A stretch of DNA of 64,000 nucleotides from positions 36,889 through 100,888 of IMG/VR virus record IMGVR_UViG_3300025151_000018; one strand, given 5' to 3'. The translations under genes were made by a program, and so were the position numbers. The notes beneath the pieces were generated by a model. The model searched no databases, was not told the origin of the DNA, and saw only the letters and a program-made list of their open reading frames with translations. Numbering within the stretch: the stretch's first letter is position 1; each line of letters starts with the position of its first letter. Shown here piece by piece: positions 9,701 to 19,561 of the stretch. Source of the DNA: a virus.

Positions 9701-12661
9701 GAAAAGGCGTATGCCCCAATCACCGAGTATTCCTTCGCCTACGGTCACAATAAACCCTTTACCATCTGGTTCAGGAACGAGAGATGGGTTCTGTGTCAAA
9801 GTCCATTCGGCATCACCACCATTGTATTCCAAGCCCCCTGCGACCTGCAACGGGTCTTGAAATGCGGGTGATGTGATTGAATAAGAACCGCCTCCTGTCG
9901 GTGTTGTGTATTTTTGACCGCCTTCTTGAATAAACGGCAAGACACTATCAACTTCAATATAGGAAAGGCCGTTTTGCCAATCTGTAATGTTTGCAGATCC
10001 AGCAGCCACAGTTGATTCGGTTGCCGACCAAGACGCTGACGGTTTAGTGTATGTTGCTGCGTTTTCTCTAAAGCATCTAAATGCCTTGATGCCCTTGTTT
10101 GTCTGTGCAATGTAATCATTAACTCTAATTGCCGATATATTGGAGTCAAGCCCCCAATCTATCGCATATTTACTCTCTTGATGTTGCATCTGTGGGCGAT
10201 TAGCAGCCGTCATAGTAGCATCAATAACCATCTCAAGTGCATTTGAAGCAGGGAGAGGGCTATTCTTGTTTTTACTACTAATCAACCGTTTTTGTGTATC
10301 AAAAAACATAGATGGGAATATGGGAATCTCAACCAATGCACGAGTTGAGGCATAATAGGTTGAAGTTTGCTTGTCATTTCTAACCGATGGGTTGTTTGCG
10401 CTCATTATCACATCTTTCCAACCAGAAAGGTGCGGGTTTTCCTTGCGTATGGCTTTAATGTCAATGCCACCTTGCCCTAAACCACCCATTGTTAGGCTAA
10501 CAACAGGGCTACCTATGTCGCCAATCTCTTTCATTGGTGAACCTTCGGCTAAATTGAAATCACGATTAGAAACAGAGTCAGCAATATCTCTAACCAGAGA
10601 TCTGCCACGCAATAAGACACCATTTACCTCTCCTTCTTCACCGCCTGTCGGCACTATTTCCTCAACTCTGCCACGCAACATCATCAATTCAACATTACAA
10701 CGGTGATATTTTGTTGGTTCATCTTCCTTAGATTTCAATGTTGATAGTGTGTTGGTTCGGCTTCTTTGTTTAGGGTGAATTAGTAGTAAATGTCTGTCAT
10801 TCATCACCAAATTGTCAATAACATCAAACTGTTCTAACACAACAGGCTCAACATTCGGCAATGTTTTTCTAACAGGTTGCCCCCATTGATTATCCACCAT
10901 TGTCGGTGTTGTTGCCTTTCCTTCTTTCTGTTTGATGTCAATACTTAGAGTATGATATGCCCCTTCACTTTGCTTAACGGGGCTTCTGGTGTTAGATAGT
11001 GCAATTGGCAACCCCATAGGTCGGTTGCTTTCAAGTCCTTCTCCTGTGTATGATGCCAATTGACCTCCAAATGCAACCCCTCTTGGTGTTGATTCTATGT
11101 TAATGAATGGTGATTGTGTAGTTTCTCCTGTTGGGTTGATTAGCAACTCGTTTGATTGTATTGGCTTGTTTATGTCCTTTGTTGGTATAGAAATAAGACC
11201 ACCGGGTGCGTTAATCTTCAACGGTGAAGGCTGCGCCCCCGGTAAGGCTGAATTTCCGTATGGCTTTCTTAACCAATCCGCCAAACTTCTTAGCGTTCCG
11301 TCTGGATCATAATAGAATGTATTTGCATCGGGCATTGTCTTTTCAACTACAAGCCACCCAGACCCATCAAACTCCCATTGTTCGGAGTTTGGACTATTAA
11401 AAGACATTTCAGACCATTTGTTCTGTGCAGTATCTGTTAAACCATCATGGCTTCCTACACCAGACCCTTTTCTTGTTCCGCCCATCACTTCTCCTGTTAA
11501 GTCAATGGCATTGTAATAGACTAAAACCTTAGACGGACCACCTGCTTGTTGAAGAATAAACGGTGTTTCTATGGTGGCAATTCTGGATTCTTTTTCGGGA
11601 GATAAATGTCTAATGTAATTCCTGTTGGTGGGTCTAATGCCATTTGTATAATCAAAATGGGCTTCATGCTCTAAATCCAATCCTTTAAGCGCAAACGGTC
11701 TAATGTCATCAACCCTAATTGATATTATCGTTTCAGCCATAGAACCATCATTGTCAGCAAGAATAACTTTACTGTATGATTTGCCCTGTTGAGATATGAT
11801 TGCACTTACCTTATTTGTAGTCGCCAAATCTTCATATTGACTAATTGTTGATTGTGTTATGGTTTGTAGCCCTTCTCCTTGATACACCGTTTGAGTTATG
11901 TCGGCTTTATCATTAGTTTCAACCAAACTCCCTACTCCCATATCCTCAAACTTAGCCTCAAACCGATCAGAAATACCTTGCACCGTTTTTGATACATTAC
12001 TCTCTATTGGGTTTGGTAATTTTTTGAGGAAGAAGTGTCCTTCAACCTTATTGTATGATGTGAAACCGCACATTGAGGGGTATATTGTATCTGGCTCAAG
12101 TAGCATATTTTGATTAGCATACGCATTCATTCCAACATAAGATGCTTGTGGGCCTGTTCCCGGTGCAGGGCCAGCAGGTGCGCCACCACCACCACCGCCA
12201 CCACTTGGAGTATATACTCCCGTATTGATTGCAATATCAAATTCATTTGCAGTAAATCCAAATATCTGTTCTAAATGCGCTACATTCCAATTGGCTTTAC
12301 TAACACAACCTGTTCCACCCCACCATGTTGGATCCCAAGCCTGTCCTGTTGAAGCATAATTTACTTCATCGGGCTGACATAGGAATGAAGATTGCCCTAT
12401 ACAATATCTTTCAATGAACATTTGGATTTGACCCGGTGGCAATCCCAAGCCATTAAACATATACGCAATCATTGCCCCTATACAATCTCCCAACTCTTGC
12501 CAAGTGTTAGTAATGTGAGGATGTCCTATTGCGTTCCAATCAATTGGTGTGGCATAACCAGAACCTACAAACAAAAAGGCTCTGGGGGCGTAATCTATTT
12601 GCATTTGAAATGCAGTTGGCCCTATCGCAATCAATTCAGCCTCGGTAATAGCCGACATCAA
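6746..12661 (-). CDS. large tail protein (1971 aa) with C-terminal LamG/concanavalin-like domain
   Basis: Long ORF downstream of the tape measure gene. C-terminal WSITFCFKP...WRQITVV...YFKGQLAELGLWVKALS is LamG-like. Confidence 0.7.
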   Translation of the reverse strand: MMSAITEAELIAIGPTAFQMQIDYAPRAFLFVGSGYATPIDWNAIGHPHITNTWQELGDCIGAMIAYMFNGLGLPPGQIQMFIERYCIGQSSFLCQPDEVNYASTGQAWDPTWWGGTGCVSKANWNVAHLEQIFGFTANEFDIAINTGVYTPSGGGGGGGAPAGPAPGTGPQASYVGMNAYANQNMLLEPDTIYPSMCGFTSYNKVEGHFFLKKLPNPIESNVSKTVQGISDRFEAKFEDMGVGSLVETNDKADITQTVYQGEGLQTITQSTISQYEDLATTNKVSAIISQQGKSYSKVILADNDGSMAETIISIRVDDIRPFALKGLDLEHEAHFDYTNGIRPTNRNYIRHLSPEKESRIATIETPFILQQAGGPSKVLVYYNAIDLTGEVMGGTRKGSGVGSHDGLTDTAQNKWSEMSFNSPNSEQWEFDGSGWLVVEKTMPDANTFYYDPDGTLRSLADWLRKPYGNSALPGAQPSPLKINAPGGLISIPTKDINKPIQSNELLINPTGETTQSPFINIESTPRGVAFGGQLASYTGEGLESNRPMGLPIALSNTRSPVKQSEGAYHTLSIDIKQKEGKATTPTMVDNQWGQPVRKTLPNVEPVVLEQFDVIDNLVMNDRHLLLIHPKQRSRTNTLSTLKSKEDEPTKYHRCNVELMMLRGRVEEIVPTGGEEGEVNGVLLRGRSLVRDIADSVSNRDFNLAEGSPMKEIGDIGSPVVSLTMGGLGQGGIDIKAIRKENPHLSGWKDVIMSANNPSVRNDKQTSTYYASTRALVEIPIFPSMFFDTQKRLISSKNKNSPLPASNALEMVIDATMTAANRPQMQHQESKYAIDWGLDSNISAIRVNDYIAQTNKGIKAFRCFRENAATYTKPSASWSATESTVAAGSANITDWQNGLSYIEVDSVLPFIQEGGQKYTTPTGGGSYSITSPAFQDPLQVAGGLEYNGGDAEWTLTQNPSLVPEPDGKGFIVTVGEGILGDWGIRLFIHKVAIVGNSHRLYYGAFHNPLDNTSSADPTQSNFVGHFISSGLPVVMGGWLTGASFQTGAQTAWNLDDLRFDVGTTDALSLVKKIGRSVEMLFGMRLGNDGKARVMLDPKDSNTILIKDGPSMEGMQLDPMHYYYGADDMPLRPPIELIPSYLGLKGKKNDNLTLDHVQKMHINFGEVATNVDDFNQGINEVIRLINQAAHPNATNTNGGSAFNPPALFAQSYSAMPNDDFYATSSTDTGSHMGYVRAFEGKEVESRDGESGMTIVIHSTIPGASSRNFAIWFNNNSPYGYRPQQAIGSGGLLTTNSRSYQINSFPAPLPIGADGETHVPITTFTGAVVGSVETQDNKLRLYEGIGQELTFFTVKNPRYNAINPTASAELLPDYDPDTQATLWVDRDILEMLNRANHINQFDRRGLILVDGKHLATFGGVSTFSAPFCKVSGPGACAALEDVQPYDSKLKEKFKDLFYDKDGRYQRVEIQLLSPMIDAHGILFFGGGHTGITFDVSDGTDNDYSDFYTHHYSKGPTGYSGLQNVEEIQKSAAVLDFTKLNNQDTAKANSYAGMHYKDDDCIAYVRFNNDGLPYIGDPDGNGGPDYGDDPPGSLPVMRPVENKYGLQLGMIGDFTNDLLNNGTLGFSILLGDNEASAVGKPLYKGSGTEPEGDISARGIHWDMGGSGHKAISLSKIPTKSSAMSYPVPTIPPRAGDILAQGPWSITFCFKPSNATDTTWQLSGYGNGPVLHGIDNNGAPWGVSILSRQYGMTAVGDANAQFDYRIVVHHKNSAASGEYHATWANGVAVKDAWRQITVVKPLDGTPIIYDNGVPMPNTETAGDYLYGGSFNTYPLNNDATYLGGQVGMPRLAKGLGTGTNANPLASGSTYYGRYQGQIVIGAALHGVPMVISPSGLWGSIKELADNTTIQGGFWTVAQLQYGNNNLNSQGGSQTAGSLTSRARTYFKGQLAELGLWVKALSVEEAMTIGQKNWGV

Positions 12662-15465
12662 ATATCAACTCCGTATTTATCTTCAAGGTGTTGTAGCACT
12701 ATTTCATCTTGCTGATCTGTCATGCGTTTAGGGAATACCATAATCTCATGCACTATGAAACCGGGCGGTGCTAAGTCTGTCAAGGTCGGTGTCGGACCGG
12801 AATGTAGCATTTTACCAAACATTTCAAATCCAGAATCTATTGGATTCGCATGATCGAACATCAATGGCGAAGTTGGTGTATATCCGTTTATGTTAGTATG
12901 TCCTTTAGCAAAGGAAAGACCCGATTTGAACATACCATATTCAATCATGTTATTGCTCTGGTCTATTCTAATTGACAGTATATGAGGGTCGCCTTCTGTT
13001 GGTTTTACACTTGCGATAGGGCTACCTATGCCATCAACATCAACTGAAAACTGTGTGCCAGCCGTATTGATTCTAATGTCTATGTTTTGATTACCTGCAC
13101 TATGAAGAAGCGGGAAAGAGTTTGACCCATCATACTTTGGAGTTATGACATAATAGAAAGTCCAATTACCATCAGTAGCATCTTCACCATTTATTGTTGA
13201 AATAGGCGAACCTGTGCTTGGGTCTAAGTTGAATGGCATTGGAGTTATCCCATTTACCGTTGGGATTCTAACTGTTGTTCCATTTACAAACGATGAGCCA
13301 CCATAATAGAATTGCCCTGCTGGATAACTCGGTGCTACTGTCGGTGATGAAATTGTCGGTGAACCACCCGGCAAGTTTGACGGCCCATGAGTTTGATACA
13401 GACTTCTAATGGCTTCTAACCCCGATCTGCCTCTAACATTATCGCACACCTTCTTGAATTTCCAACCATCTCCCCAACCAAATAACGCATAATTTTCGTC
13501 AGATGTTAATTGTGTTGATGGTGCTTTATTTCTCCACCAATGAACAACCATTCCATCAAATTTAGCGATTTGACCGTTTGCTTGGTATAATGTATTGAAG
13601 TCATTTGCATCATACCATAATGCCAAATCCTCAACAAACGGTGGTTGTTCAGCCAATGACTGTGATGGTTGCCCCTGTGCAAACATATTGTTGGCTAATC
13701 GTGATTTGGGTGCAAACCAATAGGCATGGTTGCCATTACCACTAACATCACTAAATCTTTGCGATTGCGTGAACCTTGCCCTTGTGTATTGTCCTCTTGG
13801 TCTTGTTAATTGCCCTGCGACAGAGGCATCGGTTTGCTCTGTGCCGGGGTCTATCGTTAAATCTCCATTTCCTAACACAAACCACACAGGAGTATCATCG
13901 GGGTGTTCAAACAAGAACCCCTGTGTTTTAGGCTCATTTGCTACTAAACCTGTTGCGGGGTCAGATGATAGAATTGTGCTTTGTATGACGACACATGGTG
14001 GCCTATTGACATAGCCACCTAACACATCACCAGCATTGTATGACTCATTGAAATTAAATTCTGGCCCTAAACCATAACCACCCGCCAAACCACCCTTGAA
14101 ATCTATTGCTACAATACGGACTCTTTCTATTGGGTTAGACATAGGATCTAAGTTAATCGCACCTGCGGTGTAAATGTCGTCATTCACCGTATCTGTCTGT
14201 GAAGCAAGAGGGCTTCTGTGTGTTCCTGTTATTGGGGATGTTCCTGATGCGTTAATTACTGCGTTTAATGGTGAAATGTGGATAGCCTTGTCAAAGTATG
14301 ATGCCTTTGTCAATTCATTTGACAAATCAAGAATACCAGACTCCCACCACGATTGCAACGGCAATTCTTCAACAGGGATATTTAGAAGATAAGATGCTAA
14401 TTTTTCATAAGCCGAAGGTTGCCTTGGGTCAATAGGACTTTCTAAAGAATCTCTGATTCTAAACCAACCATATTGATTACCTGCTGATAATGTTAGTGGA
14501 TCAGCAGCACCTGCAACGGTAGCACCCGATGGTGCTATGCTATTGAAGTCATAACCCAAACAAACCATAGGTAAAGGCATCAACCCCTCTGATTTTTCAC
14601 GCACCGCACCATCTTTACCAGATGATGGGTGCAATGGGTTTTTGTTGTTATAGAAATACACTTCTGGTATATCTATTTCATCTTCAAAATTCCATAGACC
14701 TGCGGTTTCGCTTGTTTTTGTTAGTGGTCTTAGCATTGGATCTATGACTCCCCTACTAACCCTAACGCTTTCTATTACGCCTCTAAATTCTCCACCCATG
14801 CCACCTATGAATACATCAGATGAAAATGAACGGACAATCCTATCCTCTCCGCCAAAATCAATTTCGCCAACTAAATCCATGTTAATGTATATTCTCATTT
14901 TTTGGCGGGTGAATTGTGCATTTACATACAACAATTCTCTTTGAGGGAGAGTCAAATCCTCTGGTCTATACTTTGAATATGATTCATTCATCCCATCTAT
15001 AACCATAGCACCTGAATATACATCATATTTATTGGCATTGGTGCTACCGAATGCGGGGTATGATGTGGTTGAAACAACCCTCTGGCTTTCTTCTTCTCCG
15101 TTTGGTGATAAAGTATGCACATCAAAGATGGCTCGCCCTTTATTTCTAACATCACCCACCTTCAAGGTATAGCAATTGGGTTTGTGTAATACAACACCAC
15201 CCATGTCAGGAATAATGTATGCTTCAATAGTGAATGCACCTATCATGTTATTCAATGTATTACCCTCATTAGGAATGTGATACATACCTATTTTGGTTTG
15301 ATTGCTCTCATAACTCTGTGTTGCATTTGCAGCCCCTGTTTTTTCTGGGTGATCAGGTGAAAACATATCAACACCAGACTCTGCAAAAGAGCCTGTTGGC
15401 ACTACCATCCCATCAGTATAACCATTTAGGCGAACCGCTTGTGAAAAATGAGAGCGAATAGGCAA
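12658..15465 (-). CDS. tail protein with two LamG-like domains (935 aa)
   Basis: FTIEAYIIP...FIGGMGGEFRGVIESVRVS...GLWNFED and LALWYDAND...HEIMVFPKRMT...LEDKYG; position in tail module. Confidence 0.7.
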   Translation of the reverse strand: MPIRSHFSQAVRLNGYTDGMVVPTGSFAESGVDMFSPDHPEKTGAANATQSYESNQTKIGMYHIPNEGNTLNNMIGAFTIEAYIIPDMGGVVLHKPNCYTLKVGDVRNKGRAIFDVHTLSPNGEEESQRVVSTTSYPAFGSTNANKYDVYSGAMVIDGMNESYSKYRPEDLTLPQRELLYVNAQFTRQKMRIYINMDLVGEIDFGGEDRIVRSFSSDVFIGGMGGEFRGVIESVRVSRGVIDPMLRPLTKTSETAGLWNFEDEIDIPEVYFYNNKNPLHPSSGKDGAVREKSEGLMPLPMVCLGYDFNSIAPSGATVAGAADPLTLSAGNQYGWFRIRDSLESPIDPRQPSAYEKLASYLLNIPVEELPLQSWWESGILDLSNELTKASYFDKAIHISPLNAVINASGTSPITGTHRSPLASQTDTVNDDIYTAGAINLDPMSNPIERVRIVAIDFKGGLAGGYGLGPEFNFNESYNAGDVLGGYVNRPPCVVIQSTILSSDPATGLVANEPKTQGFLFEHPDDTPVWFVLGNGDLTIDPGTEQTDASVAGQLTRPRGQYTRARFTQSQRFSDVSGNGNHAYWFAPKSRLANNMFAQGQPSQSLAEQPPFVEDLALWYDANDFNTLYQANGQIAKFDGMVVHWWRNKAPSTQLTSDENYALFGWGDGWKFKKVCDNVRGRSGLEAIRSLYQTHGPSNLPGGSPTISSPTVAPSYPAGQFYYGGSSFVNGTTVRIPTVNGITPMPFNLDPSTGSPISTINGEDATDGNWTFYYVITPKYDGSNSFPLLHSAGNQNIDIRINTAGTQFSVDVDGIGSPIASVKPTEGDPHILSIRIDQSNNMIEYGMFKSGLSFAKGHTNINGYTPTSPLMFDHANPIDSGFEMFGKMLHSGPTPTLTDLAPPGFIVHEIMVFPKRMTDQQDEIVLQHLEDKYGVDI

Positions 15466-15469
15466 TGTA

Positions 15470-16726
15470 TCACAATCCTATGAGTTGTTCACAACAATTG
15501 AACCCTAAACTGTAAGTCCAAACAGAATCACCCGCTTGGTATGCAGGTTCAAATGTTTGAATTACACCAGATATAGCCACACCTTGCCGTAAGAACGGGT
15601 TAGGTCGGCTAACATCACCGTTGCTATCAATCTCAACAGGGTCAAACGGTTCTAAATTGCTTTCCGATGGCATACTAACTCCCGGTCCTGATGGTATGAT
15701 GAATTGCCTAATTACTTCATCAGCACCCGTTGCCGTAATCATTGACTCATACGGTATTCTCATACCAACAATGTATTTTCTAACCGACTCCGCACCATCA
15801 ATTCGTAGTAATTTAGACAAATCAAAAGATGATAGTGCATCGGGCAACTCAATCAAGTCGCCTGTGAATGACTGTGGTGAAAAGAATCCACCCCCTGCTG
15901 AAACATTGACTGTCATATCAATTAGGTCTTGCAGTTTATCGCCCTTGCTTTTACGGCTACCTTCAACTCCCCCTGTGAAGTTTGAAATGAAGAACGGATT
16001 AGTCCAATCTCCTGTTGTTAGGTTTCCATGTCCTGACTTTACAATCCTAACATTACCATCGGCACTTCTTGTTATGTTTTCAAGAATTAGTTTCTCGTTC
16101 ATTGGTGTGCCTATGCCTTGTGATAGCGCACTTGTTGTTGCTGATCCTGTTGTTAATGTAATGTTAAAAAGTGATGTTGTCGCTTCTGTTGAAGAATTAA
16201 CTCGGACAAGTGCAGCAGAGAAAGCGTTGTTAATTTGGGTCGCTATATCCCCTGTATGGTTAATTGTTCCTGTCAAATTGACGGGAATTATACTCTGTGC
16301 TGCTACTGTGGCTGCTGGCGGTGCGCTTTGGGAGTAAAAGATAAGCGTAATGTCCTCCCCAAGACCTGCTGATACCTGACCTGCTGATTGAAATTTGATA
16401 GTTTTACCATGTAATGCTGATACAATCTTTGCTATTGTGTCATTACCTATTGCCTTCTGTTGTTCAAACCAATTGGTAGCAATTGTAGTGGCACGAGATA
16501 GGTCTAACGCTGCTGACGCACCTGCTGCACCAGAGATATTGTCGTCATCTGTTAAAATGCCATTAACACCAATACTAACCATTGCTGCGTTTGTATCAAA
16601 ACCGAGTCGCATACCCGCTAACGGAGGCGACCACACCGATGCACTTCTTGTGATAGAGAAGTTAATCGTTTCAGCCTCTAATTCAATAACCTGTCCGTCT
16701 TTGCGAATCAACTGTATCATTGGCAT
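15470..16726 (-). CDS. distal tail / baseplate hub-like protein
   Basis: Immediately after the tape measure gene. C-terminal GVIQTFEPAYQAGDSVWTYSLGF resembles a tube/hub-fold end. Confidence 0.5.
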   Translation of the reverse strand: MPMIQLIRKDGQVIELEAETINFSITRSASVWSPPLAGMRLGFDTNAAMVSIGVNGILTDDDNISGAAGASAALDLSRATTIATNWFEQQKAIGNDTIAKIVSALHGKTIKFQSAGQVSAGLGEDITLIFYSQSAPPAATVAAQSIIPVNLTGTINHTGDIATQINNAFSAALVRVNSSTEATTSLFNITLTTGSATTSALSQGIGTPMNEKLILENITRSADGNVRIVKSGHGNLTTGDWTNPFFISNFTGGVEGSRKSKGDKLQDLIDMTVNVSAGGGFFSPQSFTGDLIELPDALSSFDLSKLLRIDGAESVRKYIVGMRIPYESMITATGADEVIRQFIIPSGPGVSMPSESNLEPFDPVEIDSNGDVSRPNPFLRQGVAISGVIQTFEPAYQAGDSVWTYSLGFNCCEQLIGL

Positions 16727-16729
16727 TCA

Positions 16730-18460
16730 TTAGACCCCCCTTGTATAACTGCCACCACGAGATCGTGTTCGCATGACCCTCGCAACTTCTTCTGAAATCT
16801 GTCTTGCTAACTTGCGACCATCACCGTTAGCACCATTAACTGTGATATTGATGTTGGTGTCGCCACCACCCCCGCCAGCCATACCCTTCATTACCACAGG
16901 AATACTGCGACCATCAGGCAATGGCACTATCGCTTCTGTGCCATGCAATTCAACAGGGTAGCCAGACTGTGGCCCTGATGCAATACCACCCTTCTTGAAT
17001 TTCCATGATTTGTAATTGATTGTTGGTATATTAACACCGGGTATCTTGTTTGCTAATTTGATACCTGCGTTGATACCTTTCCATAGTGGTGATGTGAAAT
17101 CAATCAAAGCATTGACGGCTTTCGCTGCAAATCCTTTCATTCTATCCCAACCTTTACCCCACATGCCGACAATACCATTCCACAATTCTTTCGCTTTCTC
17201 TGTATTTCCTGTCAAAAGAGCCATAACTATTCTTGATACTCTGATAACAGTCCTAACGATTAGCAAGATCGGTGTTAGAATAAAGCCAAGTGCGTTTAGC
17301 AAATACATCCAATACGGTTTGATATATGGATAAATCCAACCTATTATCTTGATTACAATACCTATGATGAATCCAGCGACATGAAGTATAACACCGATAA
17401 ATTCACCAGCCCACGCAATTAACTCGCCTAAGAACTCAAATATACCAGAACTAACCAAGAAGTCAAGCAGTATATTCCACCATTCCATAATTTCATTCAC
17501 TATATCATCAAAGGTCACGCCCATATCATCAAATGCACCTGTTATGTTGTCAAATACGGCAACAACGCCATCCCAAATAGACATAACTGCATCAACTATT
17601 GCTTGCACTATACCTGCTTCAACAATAGCGGTAATCAAACCAAATATCATCTCATAAATCATATTGTAGTATGTGAAGAACAATTCAACAACTGCGGTCA
17701 TGCCATCAGTAATGCCACCAAAGAATGATTCAGAGTCAATTTCTGGTAGCACTACATTTGCCTTGAGAGTTTCCCAAAGACCAGACATTCTTCCGGTTTG
17801 GTTGTCAAATAAATCTCCCATACCTGTCGTTGCTGCTGAAAACACCGGGCCAAATGTTTCGCTTGCTTTAGTGCCAATACTACCTAAGCCACCCTTTATC
17901 TTATCAAACGGTATTTTGTCTAAAGCACCCTTTACCTTATCAACGGCTGATTGAACAAAGCCAAAGGCATCACCAACCACAGGTAAATCTTCAAGCCAAG
18001 CCCGAAGTTTCCCACCCCCTTGATCTAACGATGCAACAAGAATCATCAACACCGCACTAAATGAAAATATCAAACCAACCATCGTCAATACTGTGCCAAC
18101 AATGCCCGTTAGCAGTTTTTTGAACATACCAGCAGTAGCCACAACAGGGGTCAAGACCGCACCAAAAACACCAACAGTCTTTACAAAAGTGTTGAGGGTT
18201 TTATCAGCAGCACCGCTTTTCTTGTCAAGATGTTCCATTGATTGCACACCAGCATCACCCGATGAGATAAATTTGCTCTTTACGCTCTCTAATGAGAACC
18301 CTAATTTGATGTATGTATCATACAAAGGACCGAGAAACTTCATCATTACACGATGCTTATCTGGTAATATGGTTAATTGATCGCCATACTGTTGCAGGGT
18401 CTTGATATGTTCAGCGAACTGATAGTCCATACCAGCAATAGTTTTGCCACCCTTAGCCAT
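16730..18460 (-). CDS. tail tape measure protein
   Basis: Hydrophobic helical periodic W/F repeats. C-terminal FKKGGIASGP...ELHGTEAIVPL...NINITVNG is typical of TMPs. Follows the chaperone genes. Confidence 0.85.
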   Translation of the reverse strand: MAKGGKTIAGMDYQFAEHIKTLQQYGDQLTILPDKHRVMMKFLGPLYDTYIKLGFSLESVKSKFISSGDAGVQSMEHLDKKSGAADKTLNTFVKTVGVFGAVLTPVVATAGMFKKLLTGIVGTVLTMVGLIFSFSAVLMILVASLDQGGGKLRAWLEDLPVVGDAFGFVQSAVDKVKGALDKIPFDKIKGGLGSIGTKASETFGPVFSAATTGMGDLFDNQTGRMSGLWETLKANVVLPEIDSESFFGGITDGMTAVVELFFTYYNMIYEMIFGLITAIVEAGIVQAIVDAVMSIWDGVVAVFDNITGAFDDMGVTFDDIVNEIMEWWNILLDFLVSSGIFEFLGELIAWAGEFIGVILHVAGFIIGIVIKIIGWIYPYIKPYWMYLLNALGFILTPILLIVRTVIRVSRIVMALLTGNTEKAKELWNGIVGMWGKGWDRMKGFAAKAVNALIDFTSPLWKGINAGIKLANKIPGVNIPTINYKSWKFKKGGIASGPQSGYPVELHGTEAIVPLPDGRSIPVVMKGMAGGGGGDTNINITVNGANGDGRKLARQISEEVARVMRTRSRGGSYTRGV

Positions 18461-18797
18461 TATCTTTCAACCTCGCATTCATCTTCTCAAAGAAATCAGT
18501 ATCGCTTGTAGTCTTAACTGCTCTCCCCTTTGTAGCACCCATATCTTGTTCACGCTTCAATTTATCCAACATTTCAGCCTCTTTTTCCCGATATGCGGTC
18601 ATCATTAGATAATCCAAGATGACCCGTTCAGGGGGTTGGCTATCCCAAGCGTGGGGAGGACACTTGAAAAACTGTCCTAAGAAAAATGTGATAATAGACT
18701 GACCTAAGTATGTTGCTTTGCCTATGGGTATGTCTATATCGCCCTCTCCGTCATAGGAAATGAATGCTTCTATGTCGTCAAGGGTTATGCCAAAGGG
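18453..18797 (-). CDS. tail assembly chaperone -1 frameshift extension (gpT-like), not in ORF track
   Basis: 115-codon open frame (PFGITLDDIEAFISYDG...KCPPHAWDSQPPERVILDYL...RLKDNG*) in the -1 frame. It begins at slippery C CCT TTG (18797-18791) and fills the gap up to the TMP start. Confidence 0.8.
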   Translation of the reverse strand, partial: PFGITLDDIEAFISYDGEGDIDIPIGKATYLGQSIITFFLGQFFKCPPHAWDSQPPERVILDYLMMTAYREKEAEMLDKLKREQDMGATKGRAVKTTSDTDFFEKMNARLKDNG

Positions 18798-19153
18798 CCT
18801 GTAATTCCACCTTGCATTCCCTCCATGAGAGTATCAAACGATGGCAACAATTTCTGTATTTCCTGTGCAATCTCTGGTTTTAGAGTCAGCAATTGCTTTG
18901 CGGTTAGAGATGGTTCTGACTTAGTGATGCACTTAGTGAATACAAACTTCCAAAATCCACCAAAATCAATTTGGGGAATCATATTACCATCACCGTCATT
19001 CTTCAAACCGACAAATTGACTTAGTGCCTCTTGCCTTTCAATCCAAGTTAGATCCTTTATCCATACGGATAATTCACCAAACTCGGTGTCAATAGTGTGT
19101 TGCTCTGAATTATTGTCAATTAGTAAATCATTCACTTGTGCTTTCTCCGCCAT
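18785..19153 (-). CDS. tail assembly chaperone (gpG-like)
   Basis: Lies between tail tube and TMP and ends just after the slippery heptamer. Likely start is ATG 19153, preceded by GGTGA. Confidence 0.8.
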   Translation of the reverse strand: MAEKAQVNDLLIDNNSEQHTIDTEFGELSVWIKDLTWIERQEALSQFVGLKNDGDGNMIPQIDFGGFWKFVFTKCITKSEPSLTAKQLLTLKPEIAQEIQKLLPSFDTLMEGMQGGITGPLA

Positions 19154-19514
19154 TACCTTCACCTTCTTCTGTGGTTGGCTCTGCTACTGCTTCTTCAACC
19201 ACTTCAACCTCTGGTGCGGTTAAGCGAGCCAACAGGTCAGCCTTTGTGCCTGTTGTCGCTAAACCTCTTGTGCTGCATTCAACTTGCAATTCTGTCTTAT
19301 TCATGTCCTCAAAGGACTTTGGTTCAACAGGTGCGGGTGCATCCACAGGTGTTTCAGGTGTCGGGGTCGGAGAAGGCTCAAGGATTGCTTCACGGACAAC
19401 AACAATACCTGCACTACTTAGTCCAGCACCTTCAATAATGCCTTTCTCTGTAATAGTCCAATCTAATGCTGCTCTTGTTCCGTTAATTTCCACATGCCCT
19501 GTTAGCCTTGCCAT
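19128..19514 (-). CDS. SAP/HeH-domain protein
   Basis: FEDMNKTELQVECSTRGLATTGTKADLLARL matches the SAP consensus; flanked by acidic/Pro linkers. Confidence 0.75.
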   Translation of the reverse strand: MARLTGHVEINGTRAALDWTITEKGIIEGAGLSSAGIVVVREAILEPSPTPTPETPVDAPAPVEPKSFEDMNKTELQVECSTRGLATTGTKADLLARLTAPEVEVVEEAVAEPTTEEGEGNGGESTSE

Positions 19515-19561
19515 TCATATCACCCCTGTCATCTATATCTAATAAACTTAATTCACTAATT

